A stretch of 64,000 nt of DNA from Naegleria gruberi (lineage: Eukaryota). This document shows, one piece after another, positions 47,401-57,800 of the stretch. The first letter of the stretch is position 1, and every line of letters starts with the position of its first letter. The notes beneath the pieces are model-generated. The model had not been told where the DNA came from and made no database searches. It saw only the letters and a program-made list of their open reading frames with translations. Position numbers and translations under genes: made by a program. The stretch lies in NCBI GenBank assembly GCA_000004985.1, contig GG738901.1. One strand, given 5' to 3'.

Positions 47401-47585
47401 GTGACATAAGTACTGTCAACTCTGTCAGATTTAAGAATGGGAATGGAAAGTTTATAATTGCTAGCTCTCTTTTAAAATCACCAAGGACCACCAAAGAAGA
47501 TGGTATTCCAGATAGAGTTGTTGTAAAAGAAGATGGTCGGTTGTTGTTTGTTATGGACCTTAACTACCAAAAAGAAAAAAAATAA
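44445..47585 (+). CDS. Hypothetical large protein (about 1,046 aa), no recognisable domain
   Basis: ORF 44421.. starts at GTG; ATG at 44445 (MSANNTSYQDF). Single long ORF. Central Lys/Pro/Thr-rich linker (KHSKQPSDQ..KKKQKKTSESPNTTPKLTPPPLL). Confidence 0.55.
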   Translation: MSANNTSYQDFNNYIKRSFDEQGNLTISNKTGESKFNKWRLETKHMSVETPGFHFSDILWMAFKPRTKDNCPVEHSLDVLHVKQEGSLLMVSYFSEAKPLAAAILTSTSFESYSDRHEFKFKAEDCCNDQIGGMSNLLVQFCKEYLRSSYQTNLTFQELCRKYVHKRDAFGFSLLHHFIFNGFTAEIIYLESIMGSSIFPMFLEIEQKKLVNSSKEVLYSTSKNYFLKEKCREMLTEYCQVLKGKAGFEDFVALELERLSEIRLLGVATGNTEFKTRLLYLYNFLTISGKLISTKNPTLGLASNQKIRERIFNVDQNKYIGTKNVEEITRFEIIIGCFLLFNYGHLGDERVVERNILYNLWRSCIELDAKRTPREEIKTSKDATCNPTEEPRTSKHSKQPSDQMEFSHSKPLVETPKKKQKKTSESPNTTPKLTPPPLLISTPNISSVSTNILEPTTPTLKDYIHLKQQMNLSDKCITFLKHFPEKCRERAEDYIRSSDWNHFHRALAIWRLVNKMTGALKFEFDFKTIEGTLLFIGEYFFECLSKSTNSLLKSFFIVRQLAYLLSDNPENSLFILNAEKLSDIFKDENIISKLYTRSDLRGRTLQFENEYYLNTSLMNEKYASKMLFHLKSNKKVCELSEELFNKKTSETHETKEKYFATVVYPVINGGDFALYRQLNYQFREEYEFLVQKWVGGQYPDFSLVFFFLKKSFSLQHLFKILGNSCAMWKNNHSSCFSKILELSRSYNIITNNLKNIGNLILKEFFGGSYVFEIDCSNNLEIMWTLAYGNAESVENLTQYSQLFGQKDEIFESLSLCQSYFYDVVSTGYSPENDESVFMFLWGNLLVKQKKSHEVQQFDVCWVKMDKLKVSLYLGEAKNNTSENAQNVFDGKVDELRLPCPRYQMQEKNLTVGVWEKSYRDLKIYKITNFTVEKETGESVNTLSVFFVSDSKKDTLDFVTNTFKLTLEEKELDVDSPILEKKDLSLCDISTVNSVRFKNGNGKFIIASSLLKSPRTTKEDGIPDRVVVKEDGRLLFVMDLNYQKEKK

Positions 47586-47641
47586 CTTAACTTTATTAGT
47601 TGGTAGAAAATTTAAGCAAAGAGAGTATAATTTCCTGACTC

Positions 47642-47725
47642 TTGTATTTATTAAATACAGTATTACCTTGAAGTATTGTTAATACTTTAATACGGAGAAA
47701 ATCTCCTTAAAATGAGATTTTCTCC
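47642..47725. other. Cluster of three inverted repeats/palindromes in the region downstream of the 44445..47585 gene
   Basis: TGTATTTA-T-TAAATACA (47643..47659). AAGTATT-gtt-AATACTT (47671..47687). 12-bp stem GGAGAAAATCTC / GAGATTTTCTCC with 8-nt loop (47694..47725). Confidence 0.5.
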
Positions 47726-48676
47726 TAAGGTCCAAATAAGGGTAGGATTCACACAACCTTAAACGAAAAGACATCATCTACTAAGTTTATTATTTAAACA
47801 ATGAATGGTGGAATATGAGCAATTAATATAGTTTGAAATAAACACACCAAGAATAAAACAAATTGAAAATTTATTGAAATCAAGGTGGAAAATCAACTCG
47901 ATGAATACTAAGTGGAAAAATTCAAACTCTCTTGATGGTGATGTTAGACATTCCCTACTAATGATACTATGTTGTTGAAATAACTCCAAATATCCAAAAA
48001 CTATTGTTCGGAGTGTTGTTGATGATATATTTGAATAGTACTATTCGAAGAAAGTTTGGAAGATGATAAAGTACATGTTGAGTTGTGGCATATGTATAAT
48101 TTCAAATATACACGAAGCAAACTTGATGAAATGAGAAGATGAATTCCTTCTATTGATATTAAATTACTAGTAATATAATAGAGAAGGGCAGAGGATATTT
48201 CATTCCGTGATTGATGGCTTAACATTTTTTCTATTGTAATTTTATCCATTTGGAATTTGTTTAGATCATAATGAGGACATTATCATTTCAGAGCATCATG
48301 CAGGAACGAGAGCCAATATTCACTTGCTTCAAAAGGCAGGTGAGTGTTCGTTACAAAGAAGAGTTTGTATGCTTCCTTCCCAACCTATCTCATGTTCGAG
48401 CGAGTGCAGAGATATATTTTCATTAGTGAGGAAGGAGATTCAATGATTAATATTATTGATTATGAGGGAAATAGTGTGAAACGAGTTAAAACATTTAAGG
48501 ATTGCAATTCCTGATGGAATGTGTATTAATGATAAAACTGGAGAACTTTATCTTGTGAAAATAATCAACTATTGATTTTTAAATAAAAAAATGAGTAAAA
48601 ACCACACAAAAGGTTTGTTGATGATTTTTTTGTGAAATTTCTAATAGGTTGATGATCAGAAATATTCTCGGATGAT

Positions 48677-49681
48677 ATGTGCCAAGAGATCTTGGCATTT
48701 GTTGATGATTGGAAATTTATACTGACAAGTTGTTGTCTAGTTTCTAAACAATGGCTCGAAATTGTAAAAAAATATTCTAATCTACGGATTAGTATTAGAA
48801 AATTGGATGATGAAAGAATTCACACAATGACCAAAAGCTCTTTCATCAAATTATTTCGGGAATTGGAGTTATTTGAAGGAATTGATAATGAAATATCAAG
48901 TGATTTTTTAAAAGAATTCAAGTATTTGCGTGAGCTCACAATTATTCGAAACATGGCAAAGCATGAATCTATTCTTGATGGTGTGGGAAGAGCTAAATCA
49001 ATCAGTGACTTAAAAAACCTGACTACTCTTGATATTGGATATAGTAGAATTGGTAATGAAGGTTTAGAGTCAATTGGTCAACTGGAAAATTTAACACGTC
49101 TTAACATTCGCTCTAATAATATAGGATTAGTCGAGCCAATAATTAATTTGAAAACATTAACAGCCCTCGATATTGGTGAAAATAGTATTGGAAACGAGGG
49201 AGTCAAATCAATAAGCAAATTGACTGAATTGACCAGTCTTTTTATTGATTACGATGATATAAATGAAGAGGGAGCGAAATATCTTTGTGAATTACCAAAT
49301 TTAACTATTTTAGATTTGACAGGAAGTAATATTGGCGATGAAGGTGCCAAGTTTATTGGTCAATCTACAAAATTGAAACATCTCTTCCTATCATTAGCAG
49401 ATATTTCTAATGTAGGAGTAAATTATTTGAGTTCCTTGAATGAATTGGTTGATCTTATTCTTTCCCTTAATGATATTGGTGATGAGGGATTAAAGCACCT
49501 TAGTTCATTGAAGATGCTTAATTATCTCAATGTTTCAGGAAATCAAATCACTGATGAAGGAGTTGTATTTATAAGAGAGATGGAAAATTTGAAAAGAATT
49601 TCAATAACGAATAATTTGTTGACAGCTGTAGGAGAAAATTTAATTCAAGAAATGTCAATTACTACTGATTTAGACTTATGA
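48677..49681 (+). CDS. F-box / RNI-type leucine-rich-repeat protein (334 aa)
   Basis: N-terminal F-box (CQEILAFVDDWKFILTSCCLVSKQWLEIV). Then about 9 LRRs of 24-28 aa (LTTLDIGYSRIGNEGLESIGQLENLTRLNIRSNNIG...; LTILDLTGSNIGDEGAKFIG..). Confidence 0.75.
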   Translation: MCQEILAFVDDWKFILTSCCLVSKQWLEIVKKYSNLRISIRKLDDERIHTMTKSSFIKLFRELELFEGIDNEISSDFLKEFKYLRELTIIRNMAKHESILDGVGRAKSISDLKNLTTLDIGYSRIGNEGLESIGQLENLTRLNIRSNNIGLVEPIINLKTLTALDIGENSIGNEGVKSISKLTELTSLFIDYDDINEEGAKYLCELPNLTILDLTGSNIGDEGAKFIGQSTKLKHLFLSLADISNVGVNYLSSLNELVDLILSLNDIGDEGLKHLSSLKMLNYLNVSGNQITDEGVVFIREMENLKRISITNNLLTAVGENLIQEMSITTDLDL

Positions 49682-49774
49682 TTATCATTTTGTATATAAG
49701 GAATTTAACAGCTGAAGGTTATATATATAGGATTCTATATATTAGATTTTGTTTTTTGCCAGTTTTTATCTGAT

Positions 49775-49905
49775 TTCCAAGATATTAAGGCTTTCTAAAC
49801 GCTTATTGTGCGCCTTCCTAGCTCAGTTGGCAGTAGCGCTGTCCTAGTAAGACAGAGGTCTTGGGTTCGATTCCCAAGGGAGGCATTTTGCCTTAATTTC
49901 TTAAC
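49775..49905 (+). repeat. Duplicated tRNA-Thr segment, copy 2
   Basis: See copy 1. The variant pentamer is TAAAC instead of GTCAC in the 5' flank. Confidence 0.85.
49812..49885 (+). tRNA. tRNA-Thr (anticodon AGU), copy 2 (identical to copy 1)
   Basis: Sequence identical to 44086..44159. Same TTTT terminator. Confidence 0.9.
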
Positions 49906-50051
49906 AATTCCTTAAAAGACATGTAAATGTTGAAGGCTTTTAATGCTCTTTAAAATTGAAAGCCTTGAAGGAAATATTTGAGAGGAACTCCATAAATGGA
50001 AGATCGATTATTTTCGTAATTTTGCAAAAATGGAAATACTTTAAAAATTTA

Positions 50052-51716
50052 ATGTCTAAAAAAATGAAATTATTCAACATCTTTCTAATTATCTGTATCG
50101 CCTGCTATCTGTTCTTACCAGTATTCTGTCTATCCACACAAGTTACTTCCAATGGCGTTACATATTTAGGATTTCAAAATGGAAACGTTTCTTCCTTTAT
50201 TGGAATTCGTTATGGACAAGAAACCTCTGGCAATAATAGATTCAAGATTACTGTACCCTTCCTCTATGATCAATCCTCTGTGGTCAATGCAACTTCATTT
50301 GGCCACGTTTGTCCACAACCAACCACTGCCACAACTTTACTTTCGGCCATGAGTGAAGATTGTCTTAATCTGAATATTTGGACACCAATGTTGAATGAAA
50401 GTGTGCAAGTTATGGTTTGGATTCATGGTGGTTCATTCACAAGTGGTTCAGGTTCTATCTATGATGGTTCGTATTGGTGTTCGAAAGCAGCCGAAATGGG
50501 AATTCCAGTAGTTCTTGTAACTATTAATTATAGATTGGGATCTTTGGGTTTCTTATCTGATAAGACAAGTGGTGTGAATGGAAACTTTGGTTTATACGAT
50601 CAATTAGAAGCTATCAGATGGGTCAAAGTAAATATTCGAAACTTTGGTGGAAACCCTGACAAGATTACCGTAGCAGGAGAATCAGCAGGTGGCATGTCCA
50701 TAGCATGTCTACTCTCCACCTCCATTTTCTCTTCAGAAAACCTCTTCCAACAATCAATCATTCAAAGTGGAATTCTTCCAAGCTCAGTTTTACAAAATAC
50801 TTTGGACGGAGCTCAAGCATTTACAAATATTTTGAAATCAAGAGTTTCCTGTTTCACACTAGCTTGTTTGAGACAATTACCATTTGCAGATTTCATTACA
50901 GCTCAGAGAAATATGACCTTTGTTCCAGTAGTTGATGGTCAACTTTTATCCGAAACTATTTATCAAAATTTAGACAAGGTCAATAATCCAATCTCCAATA
51001 TTTCCATGATGGTTGGAACGACCAGGAATGAAACCACTGCATTCACCTGTGATAGAGGATCTAATCTCAATATCTATCAATTATATGTCCTCTTCAGAAC
51101 TCTCTTCAATATGGAACCTCTCTCATCAATTTTCGAGTTGTTGGCACAAGTGTCCATTCTCTATGGTGGACAGGGGACTTATTCGAGTATTTTGCAATTC
51201 TTTAATGTGTTTATGACGGATGCATTGTTTTATTGTCCAGCTCGATATTATTCATCGGTGGTTTCAGAGATGCAGAAGAATGTTTCGTCTAAAAGTAGAG
51301 TGGAAAGGAATGTTTATCAGTATGTATTTTCGTATGTCCAACCGAAATTGGGTCCTTGTTATGGAGCTCCACATGCTTCTGAATTGCCTTATTTGTTTCC
51401 ATCAATTTTGGACGAAATTAAGAATAATCCAGATTTGAGTGGAATGTTTTCTGATTCTCAAAATTTAGAATTTTCAGATAAGGATCGAAAAATATCTGAT
51501 TCAATGATTTATTATTGGACTAATTTTATCAAATATGGAAAACCAGATGGAGAAAATCCAAAAGAAGAATTCCCAAATTGGATTTCGTTTAATAGATGTG
51601 AAGAGAAGTTATTGTATATTGACATCCCTCTCAAGATGGAACAAGCAATGAAAGAAACAATTTGTAACTTTTGGGACGATCAATTTGGAAGAAAGAAAAT
51701 TGAGAAACATTGTTGA
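50052..51716 (+). CDS. Carboxylesterase type B (cholinesterase-like alpha/beta hydrolase), secreted
   Basis: ORF 49956.. begins at TTG; in-frame ATGs are at 50052 and 50064 before the signal peptide MKLFNIFLIICIACYLFLPVFC. COesterase motifs EDCLNLNIWTP, VWIHGGSF, nucleophile elbow GESAGG, FGGNPDKITVAGESAGGMS. Intron-free. Confidence 0.85.
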   Translation: MSKKMKLFNIFLIICIACYLFLPVFCLSTQVTSNGVTYLGFQNGNVSSFIGIRYGQETSGNNRFKITVPFLYDQSSVVNATSFGHVCPQPTTATTLLSAMSEDCLNLNIWTPMLNESVQVMVWIHGGSFTSGSGSIYDGSYWCSKAAEMGIPVVLVTINYRLGSLGFLSDKTSGVNGNFGLYDQLEAIRWVKVNIRNFGGNPDKITVAGESAGGMSIACLLSTSIFSSENLFQQSIIQSGILPSSVLQNTLDGAQAFTNILKSRVSCFTLACLRQLPFADFITAQRNMTFVPVVDGQLLSETIYQNLDKVNNPISNISMMVGTTRNETTAFTCDRGSNLNIYQLYVLFRTLFNMEPLSSIFELLAQVSILYGGQGTYSSILQFFNVFMTDALFYCPARYYSSVVSEMQKNVSSKSRVERNVYQYVFSYVQPKLGPCYGAPHASELPYLFPSILDEIKNNPDLSGMFSDSQNLEFSDKDRKISDSMIYYWTNFIKYGKPDGENPKEEFPNWISFNRCEEKLLYIDIPLKMEQAMKETICNFWDDQFGRKKIEKHC

Positions 51717-51825
51717 GAATAAATATTCGAAATCATTCGAATCTTGTATTAAATCCCAACAATTCATTTTTTTAAATTATTAGAAACTAAAAGAATCTCA
51801 CAAACAATTTATTATCATTTCCTAA

Positions 51826-54800
51826 TTAAGCATCCACAACGGTTGAAACTTGGTTACAAGATTGATCGACAATTTCATTCATGGTTGATGATAAATCAGT
51901 CCAGGAAACTGTCATGGCTCTCGCTGGATCATAATTCATTCCTCTAATTTGTCTAGCACCCCAAGTGTTGGACATGGCAGAACCAACGGCCATAGCCACA
52001 ATTTTCTATAAAAGGAAAATTAAAAATTTATCAAAATAGGAAATATTCAAAAATTAATGAAAATAAAAAATAAAAACATACCCATTGGACCTTATTATTT
52101 CCATTGTAAGGATTATCCAAATCATATGGAACAACTCCACTAGCATTACGTTTCCAACTATTAATCTTTTGAGCTGCAGGAAGAGCATCAGCACATGGCA
52201 AACAATAAGCAGATTTGGAAGTACTACAATAATCACATTGAGTTCCATTGAGAACTGATGTATCATTATACTTGTAGGCACAAATATCATTCAATTGAGT
52301 GTTCAAAGCAGAACCAGTGTACTTGTTCAAGATATTGGTTTGGATAGAGTTGGAGAAGAGACTTGGTCTTGCTTGGTATTCATTTCTACAATCACCACAT
52401 GAACATGGAACGTTGGCAACACCATCAGTCAAAACTATTGTAAAATAAATTGAAAAATTATTTGTAAGAAATTGTAAGGGTGAAAAAAAACTTACTGAAA
52501 ATAACCTTATCAGCATCATCTCTACCTCCATTGGCAGGTCTCAAAGCATCTACAGCAACTCTCAATCCAGGAATAGTTCCAGTTGAAGAGGCTTCATAAG
52601 CCATATTAGTTAAGGTATTATTAATTGTTGTTCCGTCATTCGAAAGTTTCAAAGCAAGTGTTGCATTCGAGTGGAATCTTACAATGGAAACCAATATGGA
52701 ATCTGATGAGATGGACATTCTTCCTGTAATTTGTTTACACAAAGTTCTCATTGAATTATAATTGGTTGTACCAATTGACCCAGAAGCATCAAGTAAAAAG
52801 ACAAAGTCAATCTTGGCAGTGCAGTAACAATTCTTGAATTCAATGTAGACAGTTGCGTTTCTAGAGACGTTGAATGAAGTGATCATTGTGTATTGGAATT
52901 TATCTGCTTGACAGGTTGTGGTGTCAGAATCAACTTCGATAGCAGCAACTCCATTAACTGTCACTAATCTTGGAGTCTTGTGACAGTAATTGGAATTTGG
53001 ACAAGAAATTGAGGTTAATTTCAAGGTAGTATTTGAACCAAATTCATCAATATCATTTTGGAGAATTTGCCAGACGTAGATTCTAATAGTTTGTCCTTGA
53101 TTAATTTCAAATCTGTCATCATTGGCAGTTGGTGTTGATGGTGACAAGACAAATGTAATGACAGCAGTATCAACTCCATTAGTTGGTAAATTGTTATCCG
53201 AAACCTTAACATTCATTGTACAAGTTCCAGTAATGACAGTTGGCAATCTTGTAAAAGTGACAACTCCAGAAGTAGAAATAGTCAAACTTGACACAATTGA
53301 GCCACAACTATGACCAGTTTGACTGAAAGTCAACACATCAGAACCATCAGCATCTGTGGCCGTATAACCAAAAGTATGGACATTGCTCGTAGCAAGTGGA
53401 ACCACCGTAAAAGTCACATCATTTGCAACCGGAATTTGATTATAAATATTAACAGTCACTGAACAGGCACTGCTACTCGTAGCTTGAGAATCGGTGCTAG
53501 TGTAAGTGACTTGGAAAGTTCCACTGTTAGTGGATGAAGCTTTGAAAACAGTTCCTGTCAAGGTGCCAAATGTTGAAGAGATGGAATTGGTAATGGTGTT
53601 GGTGATTGGATCATTGTTGGAATCGGTGGCGCTGAATAAGGTGGCCAAGTCAATTGAACCTTTCTTTAACAAGTCAATTGAGCTTGAAGAACAGATTGGA
53701 GCAGAATTGAGGAAAGTGACACTGAATGTGAGATTTGATGTACTGTAATGAAGACCATCGAATAATCTGAATTGAATTGTCTTGAGACCAAGGATGAGTT
53801 TGTTACTGGTGGTCAATCTGATACCAGTTCCAATATTAGAAACTGTAATACTTGAATCAGAAGAAACGAAATTGGTATAAGAAATGGAATCTCCATCAGC
53901 ATCTGAAACTGTGGCAATTTGAGCCCAAGTGAAATCATAAGTAGAGGTTGTGTAATCTCTGTCAATTGATGTGGATTTTCCAGTACCTGTTGGAGCATTG
54001 TTAGTGACAGTTACAGTGACAGTTCCTGGATTATTGGCAGTTAACATACCATCAGTACATTGGAATTTGAAAGAACCTGTAGCAGAGTAAGCACCATTAG
54101 AACCAGTAAAGGTTAAAGAAGTTGCAGAAGGAGTATAACTAACAATCTTATTCGAAACTGAAACACTTCCACCAACAACACTTGAAGTAGCTCCATTGAA
54201 GTAGGCAGTATCCAATGAATCAGAATCAGTACAAGCACCTGATGATAAATCCACAGAAACAGATGATTTCCATTTGGTAGTTGCTGTCTTGTCAACACAT
54301 TGTGGAGCATTGTCATAAACATTGACATTTACAACAGTGTTGCTATTTTCAAGGGATTGAGCACCATCTGTGAATTTATAGGTGACAACATCAGTTCCAA
54401 TGTAGGTTCCCGGAGCATTGTAAGTAATGGTTGAAGTTCCAACTGAAACTGAACCCTTTTGAGCTGATGCACTAACAAGTGACAAGTTGTCATTATCTGG
54501 ATCTTTCAAAGAAGGTGCAAATGTTGCGAATGGACTCAAGGTAACACCAGTTTCCTTCCAGTGAACATTCTTTGAGCTTGCAACTGGAACTGACATGTTA
54601 TTATAAACAGTGACATAAACTGTACCTGGAGTTGACACAATTGAATCACTAGCTCCATAAGTGAATGAGAAAGTTCCCAAATAAACAGATGAACCAGCAG
54701 TAGCAACAGCATTTGGTGAAGTTGGCATAGCAATAGATCCAGCCCCGGATGGAGAAACACTAGATACTTGAACTGAATAAGTTAATGCATTTCCTTCAAC

Positions 54801-57800
54801 ATCTGTTACTCCAGTACTCATGTCCATTTGATAACCCGTCTTGTGAGTAGCCCAGTGGACATTGAAATATTTGGTGTTGGTTACTGGAGCAGTATTAGTC
54901 ATGGTGAATGTGACTGAGAAAGTAACTGTGGCCAAACCATCAGTTGCAGTTACCTTAAAAGAGTCTGGACCGACATATTTGGTAGGAGCAGTGTAAGTGA
55001 TTGAACTGCCAGTTACTGCAGAGACAGACCCCAAAGTTGATGAGCTATCAACGCTCTTGACTGTTCCCTTTGTTTCTCTACCAGCAGAATAATCATCATC
55101 AACATAATTAGTTAACAAGTCAACTGTCTTTGAGCCTCCCCAATTAATAAATTGAGTAGCAAGACTGGCAGTTGGCACATTATTGTAAGTAGTAATAGTA
55201 ACAGAAACAGTACTATCAAGACCAGTATCAGTAACAGTTACAGTGAACGTATCAATGTACAATTTTCTCAAAGGAGTAAAGTAAATCTTTCCACCTGACA
55301 AGGTGACAGTTGGATTAGAAGTGGAACCAATTGCCTTAATAGTTGAAGTTGGCAAGTTAGTCAAGATTGGAACTTCATAATTGTTGGCATTCCAGTGGAC
55401 ATCATAACTTTGATCATAATTTGAAGAGCTCAATGAACTGACAACAATGTTAATGTAACAAATTGATGAAGCTGTCAAACCATCAGTGACTGTGTAAGCA
55501 TAGGTACGAGCACCAATGTTTGCGTTTGGTTTAAAGTTCAAATATGCACCAACTACAGTGAAAGAATCACCAGGATAGGAATTTCCAATAATTTGAGCAG
55601 TTCCAGGAACTAAATATGGAATATCATTGGAATCTGGATCAGTAACTGATGATGAAATTGAATAGTTTTGACCACTTGTAACATAGATTGGTTTGAATGA
55701 AACGGTCATGTTTGAACATGTTGGTGCACTGTTTGTAATGGTCAATTGAGCAGTTTTACTTCCAGATGAAGCCAAACCATCAGAAACTGAGAATGAGCAT
55801 GAGGCTGTACCAAGAGTATTAGGTGGAGCTGTAACTCTAACCTTTGGAACAGTGTCACTAGTCTTTGAACAAGAAGCTCCAGATAATCCTGAAGCAGTTG
55901 GATTGACAGTCAAAGTAAGAGAATCACCATCATTGTCAGTTGTCTTTGCCATGACAGTGAAATCTTGATTAAGAGATTGAGACAACAAAGTTCTCCAATG
56001 AACAGAAGTAGCAACATTTGAAGCACTTGGTACATCATTATTAGTAAAACCAACGTTAACAGTAATTGTATCAGATTGTGAAACAGTGTCAGTAATAACA
56101 TATTGGAAAGTATCAGCCAATCCATTCTTCTTGGCAGTATATTTAACAGAAGATCCACTAACAGAAGCAGCAGTACTTCCACTAACAGAGTAGAGTGAGA
56201 TTGGATCTCCATTTGGATCCATGTCATTGTCCAAAACTGAGAACAAGGTTGCAGGAGCAGCCCAATGGAGAGTGTATGATTCACCTGTACCAACTGGTTT
56301 AGTATTGGTCACTTGAACGTTGACAGTTCCTTGAGTTTTCTTATTGTAATCATAAGCATAGTAAGTGAATGACTTTGAACCAACAGTGGCAGAGACAGTG
56401 TTTGGAATAAATTTGATAGTCTTGGAATCTGACAAGGTGACAGTTCCAACAGAGGAGTCAGCTGTAGTAGATTCTAAGACAAGAGCATCACCATCTGGAT
56501 CACTATCATTGGACAATGGATTAACCAAGACACCACTAGGATTTCTCCAGTGAGTTGTGATGGAATCATCAACAGTGACAGGAGCGTTATTGTTGACAGT
56601 AATAGTGACAGTAGCAGAGTTGGAATCAGCATTAGCAGAACTTCCATCATTTAACTTGTAAGTGAAAGAATCAGTTCCAACAAAACCATCAGTTGGTGTG
56701 TATCTGACAACACTTCCCAATACAACAACAGAACCATGAGTTGGATTTGTGGTAATGTGAACAGTGGATGTGGTCAAATCACCATTCTTATCAGAATCGT
56801 TATCCTTTACAGAGCAATCAACTGATCTATTCCACAATGTGGAGTAGGAATCATCAACAGCAACAGGAGCATCGTTAACAACTTGTAAAGTAACTGTAGC
56901 TCTATAAGTTGAAGTCAAACCATCTTGATGGGTGACATCATAGGTCAAATAATCAGTATATTCAGCATTAGAAGCAGCATATGACAAAGTATTCTTAGTG
57001 CCAGGTACAATAGTAGCTTGAATATTCTTAATTGTAGAAGCAGAAACAAAGTTTACAATAAATACTGAACCAAGACCATCGTTTGGATCAGAATCATTAT
57101 CCAAAACATTCAAAATGGAAGTAACACCCTTTGAAATCTCGAATGTATCATCGGCAGGAGTTGGTGGATTATTGATAACAGTAACAGTGAGCTTTCCCTT
57201 TGAGAAACTTGTTGGATCAGCATTACCATTAGCATCAAGACTTTGATCAGAAATTACATATTGAGCAACGTCAGTTCCCAAGAAACCATTTGGAGCTGAG
57301 TAGAGAGCATGTGTTTCATTGAAGAGGGTCAAACTTCCTCCATTCAATGTTGTGGAATTCCAACCAACACTTGACAAGACGATCTTTGCAGTGTCACCAC
57401 TGTTGATATCATAATCATTGGCAACGAGATTGACATAAACTTGAAGATTCTTATTACATTCGGCAAGGTCATCAACTGCAACAGGTGGAGTATTGACAAC
57501 GTTGATGGTGATTATACCACTTCCTGTACCTTCACCATCTGACATGACAACAGTGAAAGTTTGAGTGTAAACTTGATTGGAAACTGGTGTGAAAAGGATA
57601 GTGTAATTGTTTGTTTCAACACTAAGCCAATCACAACAATCAAAGAAAATATTGACATAATTAGTAGTCTTTTGTAAAGAAGAAGAAACAGATGCAAGAG
57701 AAGGAGTGATTGTACTTGGAACGATCAAATCCTTTCCATCTGCATCATAATAATCAATAGTAATTGAATTATTAGTGGATGACTTGGCAACAGTGACAGT

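Noticed and set aside
48271-48345. ATG..CAG|GTGAGT (MRTLSFQSIMQEREPIFTCFKRQ + consensus donor) as an upstream first exon of the F-box/LRR gene
   Set aside because: No acceptor with compatible phase before the in-frame TGA at 48653. The F-box already starts at the ATG of 48677. Left as an unsupported possibility.
44040-49900. tRNA-associated retrotransposon insertion (TRE/DGLT-like) next to the tRNA genes
   Set aside because: Sequence about 50 bp upstream and about 100 bp downstream of all four tRNAs is unique. I recognised no RT, integrase or LTR-like features there.
52031-52531. 166-aa ORF (MEVEMMLIRLF..) as a separate gene
   Set aside because: Its N-terminal part is an out-of-frame read of the VWA exon. 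Only its Cys-rich middle part is coding, as exon 3 of the giant gene. The tail VQWVCFYFLF is intron read-through.
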